The notes: generated from the letters alone by a model not told the origin. 50,025 nucleotides of DNA from Candidatus Pacearchaeota archaeon UBA92 (GCA_002497285.1 DANJ01000026.1:1-50025); one strand, 5' to 3'; counted from the stretch's first letter, positions 1 to 8,754 are shown. Numbers and translations are program-made.

Positions 1-42
1 ATAGATTACGTGAGAAATCAGGATGTGCATCATGCATAGAAG

Positions 43-62
43 CCTTGCCCCTTAGGGCAAGG
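43..62 (-). terminator. GC-rich hairpin just downstream of rps2 (possible 3'-end structure)
   Basis: Perfect 8-bp inverted repeat ccttgccc/ctta/gggcaagg lies 21 nt past the rps2 stop (83-85). It is a GC island in an AT-rich flank. Archaeal termination normally uses T-runs, so the role is uncertain. Confidence 0.25.
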
Positions 63-82
63 AGTATCACATATCACTAAGT

Positions 83-979
83 TTATTGAGGAGGAACTAA
101 ACTATCCCAGTCTTCAATAAAGTCCTTTATTTTAGGTTCTTTTATTTTAATTCCCCTTTTTTCCGCATATAACTTAGTCAACAAGTAAAACACCATTCCA
201 AGACTTTTGTAACTCTTATTATTGACTGGCAAAACAAAGTTTATTCCCTTCGTAAAGTTATTTGTATCACATATTCCAAAAACAGGAATCTTAATCTTAT
301 TTGAGTCAACTAATAAATTTTTATCAAGCCAGGGGTCACAAATCATTGCTAAATCTCTTTCGAAGAAATCCTCTAAGTTAGTGTTTGTTAAAGTTCCTGC
401 AGGATACTTCTTTGTGAATACCTTTATTCCTAATGTTTCTCCAAATTTTTCAACAGCTTTCCATCCAGCTTCTCTTTTACATGCCAAAACTATTTGTTCA
501 GGTGCATACTTAGCAAGGAATTCGACGGCCTCTCTTATCTTATCATCTTGCAAAGAGGTATTAAATACCGCAAGTCCATCTGCTCTTCTTCTATAAACAT
601 ACTGCTTCATGTCTGGAGTAATAACTCTAGTTCCCAAATGTAATGACGCTTTAAGATAATCTTCAATAGGAACAATAGTTTTCTTTTCTTCTTCCTCTCC
701 CTTAACCTTTCCTTTAATTTCTTTTATTCCAATCTTTTCTTCGCCTTCAACTTTTCCTGCAAGTGCCTTAGCTCTTTCAAGTAAAGCAGATTTTTTATCA
801 GATTTATTCTTGGCTTCTTTTTTAACATTCTTTGACTTTCCTTCAAGAGTATCTTCTATTGCTTCAATGCCTTCTTTTACATCTTTGACTATTTCTTCTA
901 CGATTTCGTCAGCTTTTTCAGTTGCTTTTCCAACTATCTTCTTTACTTCATCAACTAAGCTTTCTTTTTTCTTTGCCAT
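83..979 (-). CDS. rps2: 30S ribosomal protein uS2 with ~100-aa Lys/Glu-rich N-terminal extension
   Basis: The C-terminal ~200 aa fit the archaeal S2 pattern (YLKASLHLGTRV, RRADGLAVFN, LACKREAGWKAV, ICDTNN, LPVNNKSYKS). The track ORF runs to 1075 only because the GC-rich upstream element has no stop. The first ATG (MAKKKES) is at 979. Confidence 0.9.
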   Translation of the reverse strand: MAKKKESLVDEVKKIVGKATEKADEIVEEIVKDVKEGIEAIEDTLEGKSKNVKKEAKNKSDKKSALLERAKALAGKVEGEEKIGIKEIKGKVKGEEEEKKTIVPIEDYLKASLHLGTRVITPDMKQYVYRRRADGLAVFNTSLQDDKIREAVEFLAKYAPEQIVLACKREAGWKAVEKFGETLGIKVFTKKYPAGTLTNTNLEDFFERDLAMICDPWLDKNLLVDSNKIKIPVFGICDTNNFTKGINFVLPVNNKSYKSLGMVFYLLTKLYAEKRGIKIKEPKIKDFIEDWDSLVPPQ

Positions 980-999
980 TGTAAATTCGTTATAATTAG

Positions 1000-1074
1000 T
1001 GCACGGGTGTTTGCGCGAACGCAACCTGTTCCTTGCGGAGTCAAGATCCGGGTTTGTTTCAGCCGGTACGTACA
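1000..1074 (-). ncRNA. Candidate structured RNA or 5' leader element between eno and rps2 (family unknown)
   Basis: A 75-nt GC-rich island in an AT-rich genome. On the minus strand, terminal pairing UGUACG/CGUGCA encloses three hairpins: CCGG-11 nt-CCGG, UCC-GCAA-GGA and GUUGCG-UUCG-CGCAA(A)C. It is cloverleaf-like but lacks U33 and a T-loop, so it is not a canonical tRNA. Confidence 0.3.
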
Positions 1075-1102
1075 ACCTACTTTTAGGATAAATCTTGGGT
1101 AT

Positions 1103-2230
1103 TTAAAACTTGCTTCTGTCTATCTCTAATAACCTTTTCAGTTTAACATCTCTCCACTTTGTAGCAATTCCACATTTAATATAATCTGCTTCAAAGCCGA
1201 AGGCATAGTCTGCTAATGCAGAGTCCATTGTTTCTCCAGACCGATGTGAGAATATAATCTTAATACCCTGTTTTTTGCACAATTTTATTACGGCATCAAC
1301 TTCTAAAAGAGACCCAGTCTGGTTTGGTTTTACTATCACTGCATTTGTAGATTTCATTTTTATAGCTTTCTTCACTCTATAAAAATTAGTCACTGTCAAA
1401 TCATCTCCAACAACCAGATTATTTTTACTAATTTTTCTAAATCCAGAAAAATCTTCTTCATCCAATGGGTCTTCGGTATAGAGAATTTCGTATTTCTTTA
1501 TAAGTCTATTAATATAATCTATTTGCTCCTTTCTCGACAAGAAAAAATAATTATAGTTATATGTCCCATTTTTATAGAATGATGACGCAGCAATATCTAA
1601 TCCAATTCTTATTTCTTTAAATTCAGACAAAGTACTCAAAATATCTTCAATGCTTAAATCAGTCTGCCACGCACCCTCATCGTTTATCTTTTTTGATTTT
1701 ATTTTTTCCCCAACTTTCAAATATACTGATTTAAGAATTCTATAATTTTTTCGGATATTTTTTCCCTTGGGAATAATAAGAAATTCTTGAAATACTGGAT
1801 GGTTTTTATTGTTACTATGCAATCCCCCTCCGATTACATTTCCCGCAGGAACTGGAAGTTTTCTCGCAGCAGGATTAATTATTTGCCACAGCTCTTTTTT
1901 CTGTTCCTTAGCAAGAGCCTTAAGAATTGCAGACTCAAAAGCAAATAAAGAATTGCCCCCAAATTCATTTACCCTTTTCAGCCTCAATTCCTTAGAAATT
2001 ATTTTTTCAACTTTTATTAAATCCTTGAAATTATTTATCTCAATTTTCCATTTCCAATTGTTAAGAAATGAAACACAGAATTTCAAGTCTTTATAGTAAG
2101 GCTTACTTTCATATCTTCCTTTTGATTTTCCAGATGGAGATGATGCCCTCTGTTCATTAACTTCAACCTCAATGGTCAATTCATTTCTAGAATCTTTTAT
2201 AGCTCTTGCCCTAATTTTATTGATTATCAT
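1103..2230 (-). CDS. eno: Enolase-family protein (short, divergent N-terminus)
   Basis: Enolase motifs are present: QEFLIIP, NDEGAW, LDIAAS, YTEDPLDEEDF, VGDDLTVTN, VKPNQTGSL, SHRSGET, IKCG. It sits in the conserved archaeal rpoK-eno-rps2 neighbourhood. The ATG at 2230 (MIINKI) is preferred over the TTG at 2251. Confidence 0.8.
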   Translation of the reverse strand: MIINKIRARAIKDSRNELTIEVEVNEQRASSPSGKSKGRYESKPYYKDLKFCVSFLNNWKWKIEINNFKDLIKVEKIISKELRLKRVNEFGGNSLFAFESAILKALAKEQKKELWQIINPAARKLPVPAGNVIGGGLHSNNKNHPVFQEFLIIPKGKNIRKNYRILKSVYLKVGEKIKSKKINDEGAWQTDLSIEDILSTLSEFKEIRIGLDIAASSFYKNGTYNYNYFFLSRKEQIDYINRLIKKYEILYTEDPLDEEDFSGFRKISKNNLVVGDDLTVTNFYRVKKAIKMKSTNAVIVKPNQTGSLLEVDAVIKLCKKQGIKIIFSHRSGETMDSALADYAFGFEADYIKCGIATKWRDVKLKRLLEIDRSKF

Positions 2231-2264
2231 AAAACCAGAAATACCTTGCAATTAATAACCTTAA

Positions 2265-2642
2265 CTATTGTTCTTCACTACTGCTTGTATCTTCAATAGC
2301 TGGTTCATCCTCGTCATCAGGAGCAAAACCTAATTCTTCAGCTTTTTCTTCTATTTCTTTTTCAACTTCTTTTTCTTTAGCTTCAATTTCTTCGTCGTTT
2401 ATCTTTTCTACTTTGATAGCTCTAAGCTTTTCTTCTCTTCTGTCTGGCATAGGCCTATCAATAGAAATAGGCAACACTTCTTCGTTTAATTCCCTTTCAG
2501 CAATTTTAATAGCATCGTACTTCATAATTTTCAGTTCCTCTTCAGGAATTTTTAGCAATAAAGGCGCATCCATCGCAATCTGCAAAGCTCTTGCCCCCAA
2601 AATTCTCGCAGTCTCATATTTAGTAAATTGATTTTTTGCCAT
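2265..2642 (-). CDS. rpoK: DNA-directed RNA polymerase subunit Rpo6 (K/omega) with acidic C-terminal tail
   Basis: FTKYETARILGARALQIAMDAPLLL is the Rpo6/RpoK signature. About 58 aa of E/K/D-rich tail follow it (2268-2441). Confidence 0.85.
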   Translation of the reverse strand: MAKNQFTKYETARILGARALQIAMDAPLLLKIPEEELKIMKYDAIKIAERELNEEVLPISIDRPMPDRREEKLRAIKVEKINDEEIEAKEKEVEKEIEEKAEELGFAPDDEDEPAIEDTSSSEEQ

Positions 2643-2650
2643 ATTATCTA

Positions 2651-3469
2651 TTATTTAAGGTATTTATTAAACGTTTTCATTACTTCATCATACTTCTCAG
2701 GAAGAAGTTTAACTATTTTTTCAATCTCTTCCTGTCTGAAAGGAACGCTAAGTCCTTTTTGACAAGAATTAATCATATATCTACCATCTAGTTTCGAGAT
2801 TCCCAAAGTTACTTTACTTTCGCATGCTTCTTCTTCTTCTCTAACAGGACTAAGGAACAGATTATCTCCAAGTTTATAGAACGTGAATGTAAGTGGAATT
2901 GTAGTTTCAACAAGAGGAAGTCTTTCATCACTCTTCGCATGATAATCAATCTTTCCATCTTCTTTTAGTTTTGGGAAAACTGCATTTTTCAATGCTGCAA
3001 CACAGGCTATACTAGCGGCATCAACTAAAGCACCATCATCATTTATTGGATAAATATCCACAATAACAGTCCAAACTTTCTCGCCTTCTACAATAACTAA
3101 TTTCTTTAGGTCAATCATTCCAGATTCTCTAATCATTCTGTCTATTAATCTTGGCAGTTCAATAGCATTAAATTTAGGAGGGCCTTGTTCAAACCTAGGA
3201 GACGCCAAAGGTAACAAATCAGCAGACACTGTAAGGTTTCCCTTATTAGGAGAATCAGGATAAGGTGTTCCAACTTCCATTTTTACACCAGCAATAATCT
3301 CAGTCTTACCCATTCTAACTCTGGCACTACCCTCAGCCATATTTGAGACTCCATATTCAACTTCAAAGTCTTTCAAATCAAGTAACCCACGTCCATCAAA
3401 TCTTTTTCCAGCATTAAACATACTAGTTAACTTTTCTTTTGTCAAATTTGTTATATCCATTGAACTCAT
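2651..3469 (-). CDS. rrp42: Exosome complex component Rrp42 (RNase PH-like, inactive subunit)
   Basis: RNase PH fold pattern (FDGRGLLDLKDFEVEYGV..EGSARVRMGKTEIIAGVK). It is the third gene of the rrp4-rrp41-rrp42 operon and overlaps rrp41 by 4 nt. Confidence 0.85.
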   Translation of the reverse strand: MSSMDITNLTKEKLTSMFNAGKRFDGRGLLDLKDFEVEYGVSNMAEGSARVRMGKTEIIAGVKMEVGTPYPDSPNKGNLTVSADLLPLASPRFEQGPPKFNAIELPRLIDRMIRESGMIDLKKLVIVEGEKVWTVIVDIYPINDDGALVDAASIACVAALKNAVFPKLKEDGKIDYHAKSDERLPLVETTIPLTFTFYKLGDNLFLSPVREEEEACESKVTLGISKLDGRYMINSCQKGLSVPFRQEEIEKIVKLLPEKYDEVMKTFNKYLK

Positions 3470-4158
3470 TCTACAATCTCCTTCAAAGCTTTCTTTTGAA
3501 CTTCATAAATTTCCTCGCAGCCTTTATTTACCATTTCCAAAACATCCTTAATCATTTCAGGAGGAATCTTTCCATCTAACTGCATCAATGTAAATTCATC
3601 AGTTCCCGCAATCTTAGCTAAAGGTATATCTGTATGTCCTTCTCCTTCATCATAATGCTCTTCTGCATTATCTGCATCAAGCGCCAAATCCTTGTCTAAT
3701 TTACCAACAGCAACACTACAAATCAAGTTTTTCATAGGAATTCCTGCATGTGCCAAAGCCATAGATGCTGCATTAATTCCTGCCGTTCTTGTTCCGGCAT
3801 CTGCTTGCAAAATATAAATTTGAACATCAATTACAGTATTAGGAAATGCCCTTAAATCCAAAACAGGAGATAGTGCCCATTCAGTAACCTGTGAAATTTC
3901 CTTGCTTCTTCTCGATGGTCCAGGTTTCTTTCTCTCACTAACTGAAAAGCTAAGCAAATCGTAATTAACTCTTAATATTCCAGTTGAAGGGTCTTGCATA
4001 TGCTGAGGATGAAGTTGTCTTGGTCCATATACTGCAGCTATAGCAATTGTATCTCCAAATGCAAACATGGCACTTCCATCAGCATTAGGAATAATTCCAA
4101 CTTTAGCCTTCATTGACCTCATTTCATTCGCTTTTCTTCCGCTTGGTCTTGCTACCAT
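3466..4158 (-). CDS. rrp41: Exosome complex exonuclease Rrp41 (RNase PH)
   Basis: RPSGRKANEMRSMKAKVG..ADGSAMFAFGDT..AAVYGP, QADAGTRTAGINAASMALAHAGIPM. These are typical of Rrp41. Confidence 0.9.
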   Translation of the reverse strand: MVARPSGRKANEMRSMKAKVGIIPNADGSAMFAFGDTIAIAAVYGPRQLHPQHMQDPSTGILRVNYDLLSFSVSERKKPGPSRRSKEISQVTEWALSPVLDLRAFPNTVIDVQIYILQADAGTRTAGINAASMALAHAGIPMKNLICSVAVGKLDKDLALDADNAEEHYDEGEGHTDIPLAKIAGTDEFTLMQLDGKIPPEMIKDVLEMVNKGCEEIYEVQKKALKEIVE

Positions 4159-4159
4159 A

Positions 4160-4873
4160 TTAATTTTCCTGGAACCAGACCTCCATTTTGTCTGTTAATC
4201 CTTCAATAAGAACTTTATCAGCAACAAATTCAATGGCTTTTCTTGCCTTTATCTCTGAATCTAAATCATCTCCTTTAACCCAAACCCATCCATTCTGTCC
4301 AACAGTTATGTTACATCCAGTCTTTTCTTTTATAAGAGTTATCATACTTCCTTCTCTTCCAATTATTCTTGGTACTCTACTAGCATTTATCCTAAATATA
4401 AAACCGCCTTCTAATTTTCCTAGTCCTCTTCCTTTAAGAGTTAAGTCAATTCCTCTACCCTTTATACTCCATATTTTTGCAGACAAGACATCTCCTATTC
4501 CTAAATATTGATCCATTTCATTTCTATTAAGAAATCTTGGAGATTCAGCAATAGGCAAGAAGGCAGAACCAGCAGAATCTGTATCCACAAGCCAGCCGTT
4601 AAATGTAACATCCACAACTCTTCCTATGACAACATTGCCTCTTCTTGGAATATAGGCTCCAGATAATGGAATCACTTTAATCATTCTGCCTGCAACCTCT
4701 GCAAGCCCAAATCTATCCGCAATAACATTATCTCCTTCTCTTCTAGCACCTTCTCCAGGAAGAAAGTCCTCTCCAGAAACAATAATTTCACCAGGAACAA
4801 CTACCCATCTTTTATTACCTTCAGAACTCTCTATTTGTTCATTCTCTTCATTAATTTCGTTCTCTATCATCAT
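4160..4873 (-). CDS. rrp4: Exosome RNA-binding subunit Rrp4 (S1 + KH)
   Basis: N-terminal domain followed by S1 (GNVVIGRVVDVTFNGWLVD) and KH (IIGREGSMITLIKEKTGCNITVGQNG). It lies directly upstream of rrp41. Confidence 0.85.
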   Translation of the reverse strand: MMIENEINEENEQIESSEGNKRWVVVPGEIIVSGEDFLPGEGARREGDNVIADRFGLAEVAGRMIKVIPLSGAYIPRRGNVVIGRVVDVTFNGWLVDTDSAGSAFLPIAESPRFLNRNEMDQYLGIGDVLSAKIWSIKGRGIDLTLKGRGLGKLEGGFIFRINASRVPRIIGREGSMITLIKEKTGCNITVGQNGWVWVKGDDLDSEIKARKAIEFVADKVLIEGLTDKMEVWFQEN

Positions 4874-5046
4874 AATATTAATCTACACTCCAAGGATAAT
4901 CGTAATCAACCTTCTAGTGTCCTTATCTATGCAAATTACTTTGCTTAAGGGTTTTTAAACTTTGCTGTTAAATTTTGGAAAACCTTAAGCCAGAAAAATC
5001 CTTGATTTTATGGGGTTAATTGTTGGATTTTCTCACAAAGATTATC

Positions 5047-5196
5047 TTAATAACTTATTTCAATAATATCTTTGCCAGAATCATCAATCTTTATAGGGAT
5101 AATTTCAATGCTCTGTTTTTCAGCAATATTTCCAAGAATTTCTAAAAGATTATTTGAATCTTTAGAATCTACAACCACCTTGACGCTCTTTTTCAT
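5047..5196 (-). CDS. Small hypothetical protein (49 aa), below the track cutoff
   Basis: ATG..TAA ORF MKKSVKVVVDSKDSNNLLEILGNIAEKQSIEIIPIKIDDSGKDIIEISY has a genome-typical composition. The opposite-strand track ORF 5072..5272 looks like an antisense shadow. Confidence 0.35.
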   Translation of the reverse strand: MKKSVKVVVDSKDSNNLLEILGNIAEKQSIEIIPIKIDDSGKDIIEISY

Positions 5197-5342
5197 TCAA
5201 TCTACAATAAGAAGTAGTTTAAATTATCTTCCAACCTCTGAGAAGTGGTTAAAAGCTTCTATTCTCATTTAGTTTAATCCAAAAAGTAAGTAATACCATT
5301 ACTAAAAAATATAATCTTATTTTAATGCTAATCTGATTTTTC

Positions 5343-5985
5343 TCATTTACTAATTTTTTTAAGATATTCATTTAGATATTCCAATTGCTTTTTTAATTCT
5401 TTAATTCTTTCCTTATTTTTTCCATAGTTAGAATAGTGCCAGACTTGATAAAAAACTAATTTCTTTTCTTTACTAAAAAATTCTGAATATAAATCTTTAT
5501 ACCATCGGACCCAAGGGTATTTGGTTTACCATTATATGGAAAGAGTTTATTAATTTGTTTGAAAACTTTCGTACCAAAACAGATTATATGGAAAGAGTTT
5601 CCTCCTAAAATATTCAATTGTTCAAAAAGTCTCACTTTAGATTTTTTAGAGTTTTCTTTTTTTAATTCATTAGAATTTCGTTGCACCTTTTCAAATAAAT
5701 CAGTCATATAAGAGCCAATTAAGTTTTCATTTTCTTTTACATATTCATTTAAACTTTTATTCCTATAATCATTTCCATTATGAAAATTAGCAAAAGTTCC
5801 TGAAACTTGCTTTGACGGATTCAATCCTAGAAAAACAATGTTATTATTATTTAATTTTTTTTATGTTTTAAAAAATAATCATATTGGGAAGTTTTTAAAT
5901 CTTCATTATTAAAGTTATCACTCCATAAAGCAAAACTTGCACATTTGTATCCTTCCAGATTTTTTAATTGTTCTTCGTTTACCAT
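5343..5985 (-). pseudogene. Frameshift-disrupted gene (weak uracil-DNA-glycosylase-superfamily-like motifs) between SBDS and rrp4
   Basis: Three collinear frame segments: MVNEEQLKNLEGYKC..FLKHKKN* (from ATG 5985), then ..NNNNIVFLGLNPSKQ..IQNFLVKKRN* (track ORF 5456..5824), then ..LVFYQVWHYSNYGKNKERIKELKK..ISK* (stop 5343-5345). The breaks fall at an A8 run and near a T6 run. One extra A in the A8 run fuses the first two segments. Confidence 0.5.
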
Positions 5986-5992
5986 TTTAAAC

Positions 5993-6664
5993 CTATTTCA
6001 AAACTTCTTCGCTTCTAACTGCACCATGCGTAATTCCGTTAAGCTTATCATAGAAATCTAATTGCATCCCCGCAGGGATATGAATAGTTACTTCCAAGTC
6101 TCCATTAGGAAGCCATTCTTCATTATCTTTATAATCTTGAAGAATACCATAAACTTTCCCAGTATATTGAGCAGGAATAGTAAGTTTTATCTTTTTGACT
6201 TGAATGCTTATAGGAATAATTGGTTTCAGTTTTTCAACAACGTCAAGCATCTGCTGTTCAGCAGGTCTATTGTCAAAATGATAATGAATTTCCTGAATAC
6301 CTCTTTTTATCCTCTCTTCAGTATAAGACCTTCCATGTTGGTCCGCCGCATTTCTCAAGATTAAGTCAACAATTTGTTTAATTTTTCTTCCTTTTTCTGC
6401 ATCCCTAAATTCCTGAGGTTTTTGCAACTCGCCTTCCTTTATTATTTTCTCAGCAACCTCATGCAAGTCTGTTGTCCCAAAAGCATTTTTCAAATCCAGA
6501 TTACTTGCCATAGTTCCTTCTTTGACATTATAATAAATTCCATTAGAATTCAATGCATTAGTGATATCTCCTTCTCCAGTTTTAATCTTAATAGCTTCTT
6601 CAAAATCAACAGAGATTTCAAAAGTCTTGCTTCCAACGCACTTTTTTGCTTCAACGACAACCAT
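5993..6664 (-). CDS. sdo1: Ribosome maturation protein SDO1/SBDS homologue
   Basis: About 223 aa with SBDS-like N-terminal (FYSH) and central regions (ITNALNSNGIYYNVKEG...LHEVAEKIIKEGELQ). It sits between the proteasome alpha and exosome genes, as in the predicted archaeal exosome superoperon. Confidence 0.8.
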   Translation of the reverse strand: MVVVEAKKCVGSKTFEISVDFEEAIKIKTGEGDITNALNSNGIYYNVKEGTMASNLDLKNAFGTTDLHEVAEKIIKEGELQKPQEFRDAEKGRKIKQIVDLILRNAADQHGRSYTEERIKRGIQEIHYHFDNRPAEQQMLDVVEKLKPIIPISIQVKKIKLTIPAQYTGKVYGILQDYKDNEEWLPNGDLEVTIHIPAGMQLDFYDKLNGITHGAVRSEEVLK

Positions 6665-6707
6665 AAATAAAACAAATAGTCAGCTTATTTAAAGATTATT
6701 ATTCAAA

Positions 6708-7433
6708 TCACTTACCATACTTACTTAGTTTTTCAGGTTCTAATCTTACCAATTTTTTTTCAGCTTTTTTGACGTAACATATATCAAATCTTTCAACTTC
6801 AAAATTCTTCCCCTGAATTTCTTTAAATATTCTAAGGGCCAATTTTATTCCATCCTCAATAGCCATATCTTCTTTGTAATCTTTTCTAAGCTTTTCTTTT
6901 ATCTGCTCATCATCTTCTCCTATAACGTTTGCTTTGTAAGCAAAGAAATTTCCAGTAACATCAGTAGTGTACAAATGTCCTTTACTCTTATCTACTCCAG
7001 CAACCATTATAGCCACTCCATATGGCCTAGCTCCGCCATATTGCGTAAACATCTGCTTACTATCTGCAATCATTTTGATTATGCTAATTGGTTCAATTGG
7101 AGAATCATAACTTACTCTATTTTGTTGAGCCAAAACTTGGGATTTTTCAAGAAGTACTCTCGCATCAGAAGATATTCCTGCAGCACTTGCAATAATATGT
7201 TCATCAATTTCAGAAATTTTCAGGGCAGATTCAGGAGCTATAAGTTTATCCCTTATTCTTTTATCAGCAACAATAACTACTCCATCAGTACATACCATTC
7301 CAATGCTTGTGCTTCCAAGTCTTACAGTCTTTTCTGCATATTCAACCTGAAGTAAATGTCCATCAGGCGAAAACATAGTCGCAGCTCGGTCATAACCCAT
7401 TGCTTGGTGCTGCATTTCTGTTGGCATCTCCAT
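6708..7433 (-). CDS. psmA: Proteasome subunit alpha
   Basis: GYDRAATMFSPDGHLLQVEYAEKTVRLGSTSIGMVCTDGVVIVADKR is the alpha-subunit signature. Confidence 0.95.
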   Translation of the reverse strand: MEMPTEMQHQAMGYDRAATMFSPDGHLLQVEYAEKTVRLGSTSIGMVCTDGVVIVADKRIRDKLIAPESALKISEIDEHIIASAAGISSDARVLLEKSQVLAQQNRVSYDSPIEPISIIKMIADSKQMFTQYGGARPYGVAIMVAGVDKSKGHLYTTDVTGNFFAYKANVIGEDDEQIKEKLRKDYKEDMAIEDGIKLALRIFKEIQGKNFEVERFDICYVKKAEKKLVRLEPEKLSKYGK

Positions 7434-7573
7434 TTTAGCTTCTACCTTCTCCTAAAATGGGGGCTAAAAAATGTTTCATTTTTTTTGTTTCCATGATTTT
7501 TATATAACCTCTATTAAAATAAGACATATTGGTTTAAATAATTGCGTATTTAAACTTTGCTTTTCAATTTCAG

Positions 7574-7846
7574 CTATCTACTACCCAATCCTTTAATGGT
7601 TCCAGAAACTCTAATTACCTGAATCTTATCCTTAGATACGCTAAAGCCAGCCTTAACATTATCTAACTCTTTTCTGTCAACAGCCAAAATCCATCCCTTG
7701 TCAATCTTCTTAACAAAAAAGGGAACTGCCTTTGACCATCCTAAAATACCTATATAATCCAGTATGGCTTTCTCAATTTCATTTCTATTTCCATTTACAA
7801 GAATATATCTCCTTCTTATTTTTACAGAGGGCTTCAGTTTTAACAT
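7574..7846 (-). CDS. rnp2: RNase P protein component 2 (Pop5/Rpp14 family), short form
   Basis: LKPSVKIRRRYILV... and C-terminal VSGTIKG fit archaeal Pop5. It lies upstream of psmA as in other archaea. Confidence 0.75.
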   Translation of the reverse strand: MLKLKPSVKIRRRYILVNGNRNEIEKAILDYIGILGWSKAVPFFVKKIDKGWILAVDRKELDNVKAGFSVSKDKIQVIRVSGTIKGLGSR

Positions 7847-7847
7847 C

Positions 7848-8702
7848 TTAATTAATCAAAGTAACATTTGCAATCCGGTTTATATTTTCTCTGATAACAT
7901 CACTTTCAAGGGCAAATCCAAGACTCTCAGCCCCACCTATTTTAAAATTATTTATCCCAATAACCTTTCCTTCTTTATTTATCAAAGGCCCTCCAGAATT
8001 TCCTGGATTAAGGGTAACATCTGTCTGTATATACTCATTCAATCCGTTAGGGCCTGCCCTTTTCAGTGCAGAAACAATTCCCTCAGTAACACTAAATGAC
8101 AAACCAAGAGGATTTCCTATCGCAATTACCTTTTCTCCAATCAGGACACTATCACGTTTAACGAGTTCAAGATGATTATAAACTCCAGGAACTTTCAGCA
8201 AGGCAAGATCATTAGTTTCATCTCCACCTAAAAACTCAGCATTAATCTCGTTTCCATTATAATCAACAATTTTTATATATTGAGCATTTGCAATAACATG
8301 CATATTAGTAACTACATATCCTCCTGAATCAACAAAAAAGCCAGAGCCAGCCGAAGTGTCTGTTGTAACACTAACAACTCCTTTAATCGCTTCCTCAACT
8401 ATTCCAGAAAAATCCTCTTGCGAAGATTTCAATAAATTAATTTCCTGCCTTATGTCCTTGCTCTGTTGGGAAACGACTTTACTTAATTCTTCAACGTTAA
8501 ACCTCAATTCCTGTCTAATATCTCTTGCTTCCCCATTTATTTTATTTTCAAAATAATTATTACTCTTCTCTTGCTGTGCAATTATTTTAGAAGTGTGTCC
8601 AGTCATCACAAAGAAACTTAAAATTTGCAAAATAAGAAGCAAAACAATGAGCCCATAGAGTGCATTTCTATGCTTCTTCAAATGTTTAATATGCTCTTGC
8701 AT
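7848..8702 (-). CDS. Membrane-anchored trypsin-like serine protease (S1C/HtrA-like, no PDZ seen)
   Basis: N-terminal TM (LYGLIVLLLILQILSFFVM). Catalytic triad context: TNMHVI (His), DLALLKV (Asp), GNSGGPLIN (Ser). Confidence 0.85.
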   Translation of the reverse strand: MQEHIKHLKKHRNALYGLIVLLLILQILSFFVMTGHTSKIIAQQEKSNNYFENKINGEARDIRQELRFNVEELSKVVSQQSKDIRQEINLLKSSQEDFSGIVEEAIKGVVSVTTDTSAGSGFFVDSGGYVVTNMHVIANAQYIKIVDYNGNEINAEFLGGDETNDLALLKVPGVYNHLELVKRDSVLIGEKVIAIGNPLGLSFSVTEGIVSALKRAGPNGLNEYIQTDVTLNPGNSGGPLINKEGKVIGINNFKIGGAESLGFALESDVIRENINRIANVTLIN

Positions 8703-8746
8703 TTATCCTAGTGCCTTAGAAAGTATTTATACTTTTGCCGGAAATG

Positions 8747-8754
8747 TATTTAAA
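8747..8754 (+). promoter_or_regulatory. TATA box for the RNase J operon (leaderless-type spacing)
   Basis: tatttaaa is centred ~26 nt upstream of ATG 8776. A divergent tataaata on the other strand would serve the protease gene. Confidence 0.45.

Noticed and set aside
6-17. A 12-nt inverted match between the window ends (ttacgtgagaaa at 6-17 and tttctcacgtaa at 49954-49965), considered as possible terminal inverted repeats.
   Set aside because: Many 12-mer matches are expected by chance among all position pairs in 50 kb of AT-rich DNA. The window ends are arbitrary, and there is no transposase or target-site duplication.
1-80. A possible C/D-box sRNA downstream of rps2 (minus-strand ATGATGC ... 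CTGA).
   Set aside because: The box-like elements are only 5 nt apart and imperfect, there are no paired C'/D' boxes or guide-length spacers, and the element is truncated by the window edge.
222-995. Plus-strand track ORFs (222..596, 810..995) and many similar 60-165 aa ORFs antisense to longer genes. Examples: 1809..2096, 4188..4511, 6062..6670, 6975..7355, 7764..8099, 11746..12180, 13614..13907, 16241..17023, 29240..29980, 39469..39963.
   Set aside because: They lie entirely inside better-supported genes on the opposite strand. Their S/F/L/I-rich composition is the usual mirror image of K/E/N-rich coding sequence in AT-rich genomes. None has recognisable motifs.
980-1075. N-terminal 32 codons of track ORF 83..1075, and the idea that 1000-1074 is a tRNA.
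   Set aside because: The extension is read-through of a GC-rich structured element. That element is 75 nt and cloverleaf-like, but it lacks U33, a 7-nt anticodon loop context and a GTTCRANNC T-loop, so it is not a canonical tRNA.
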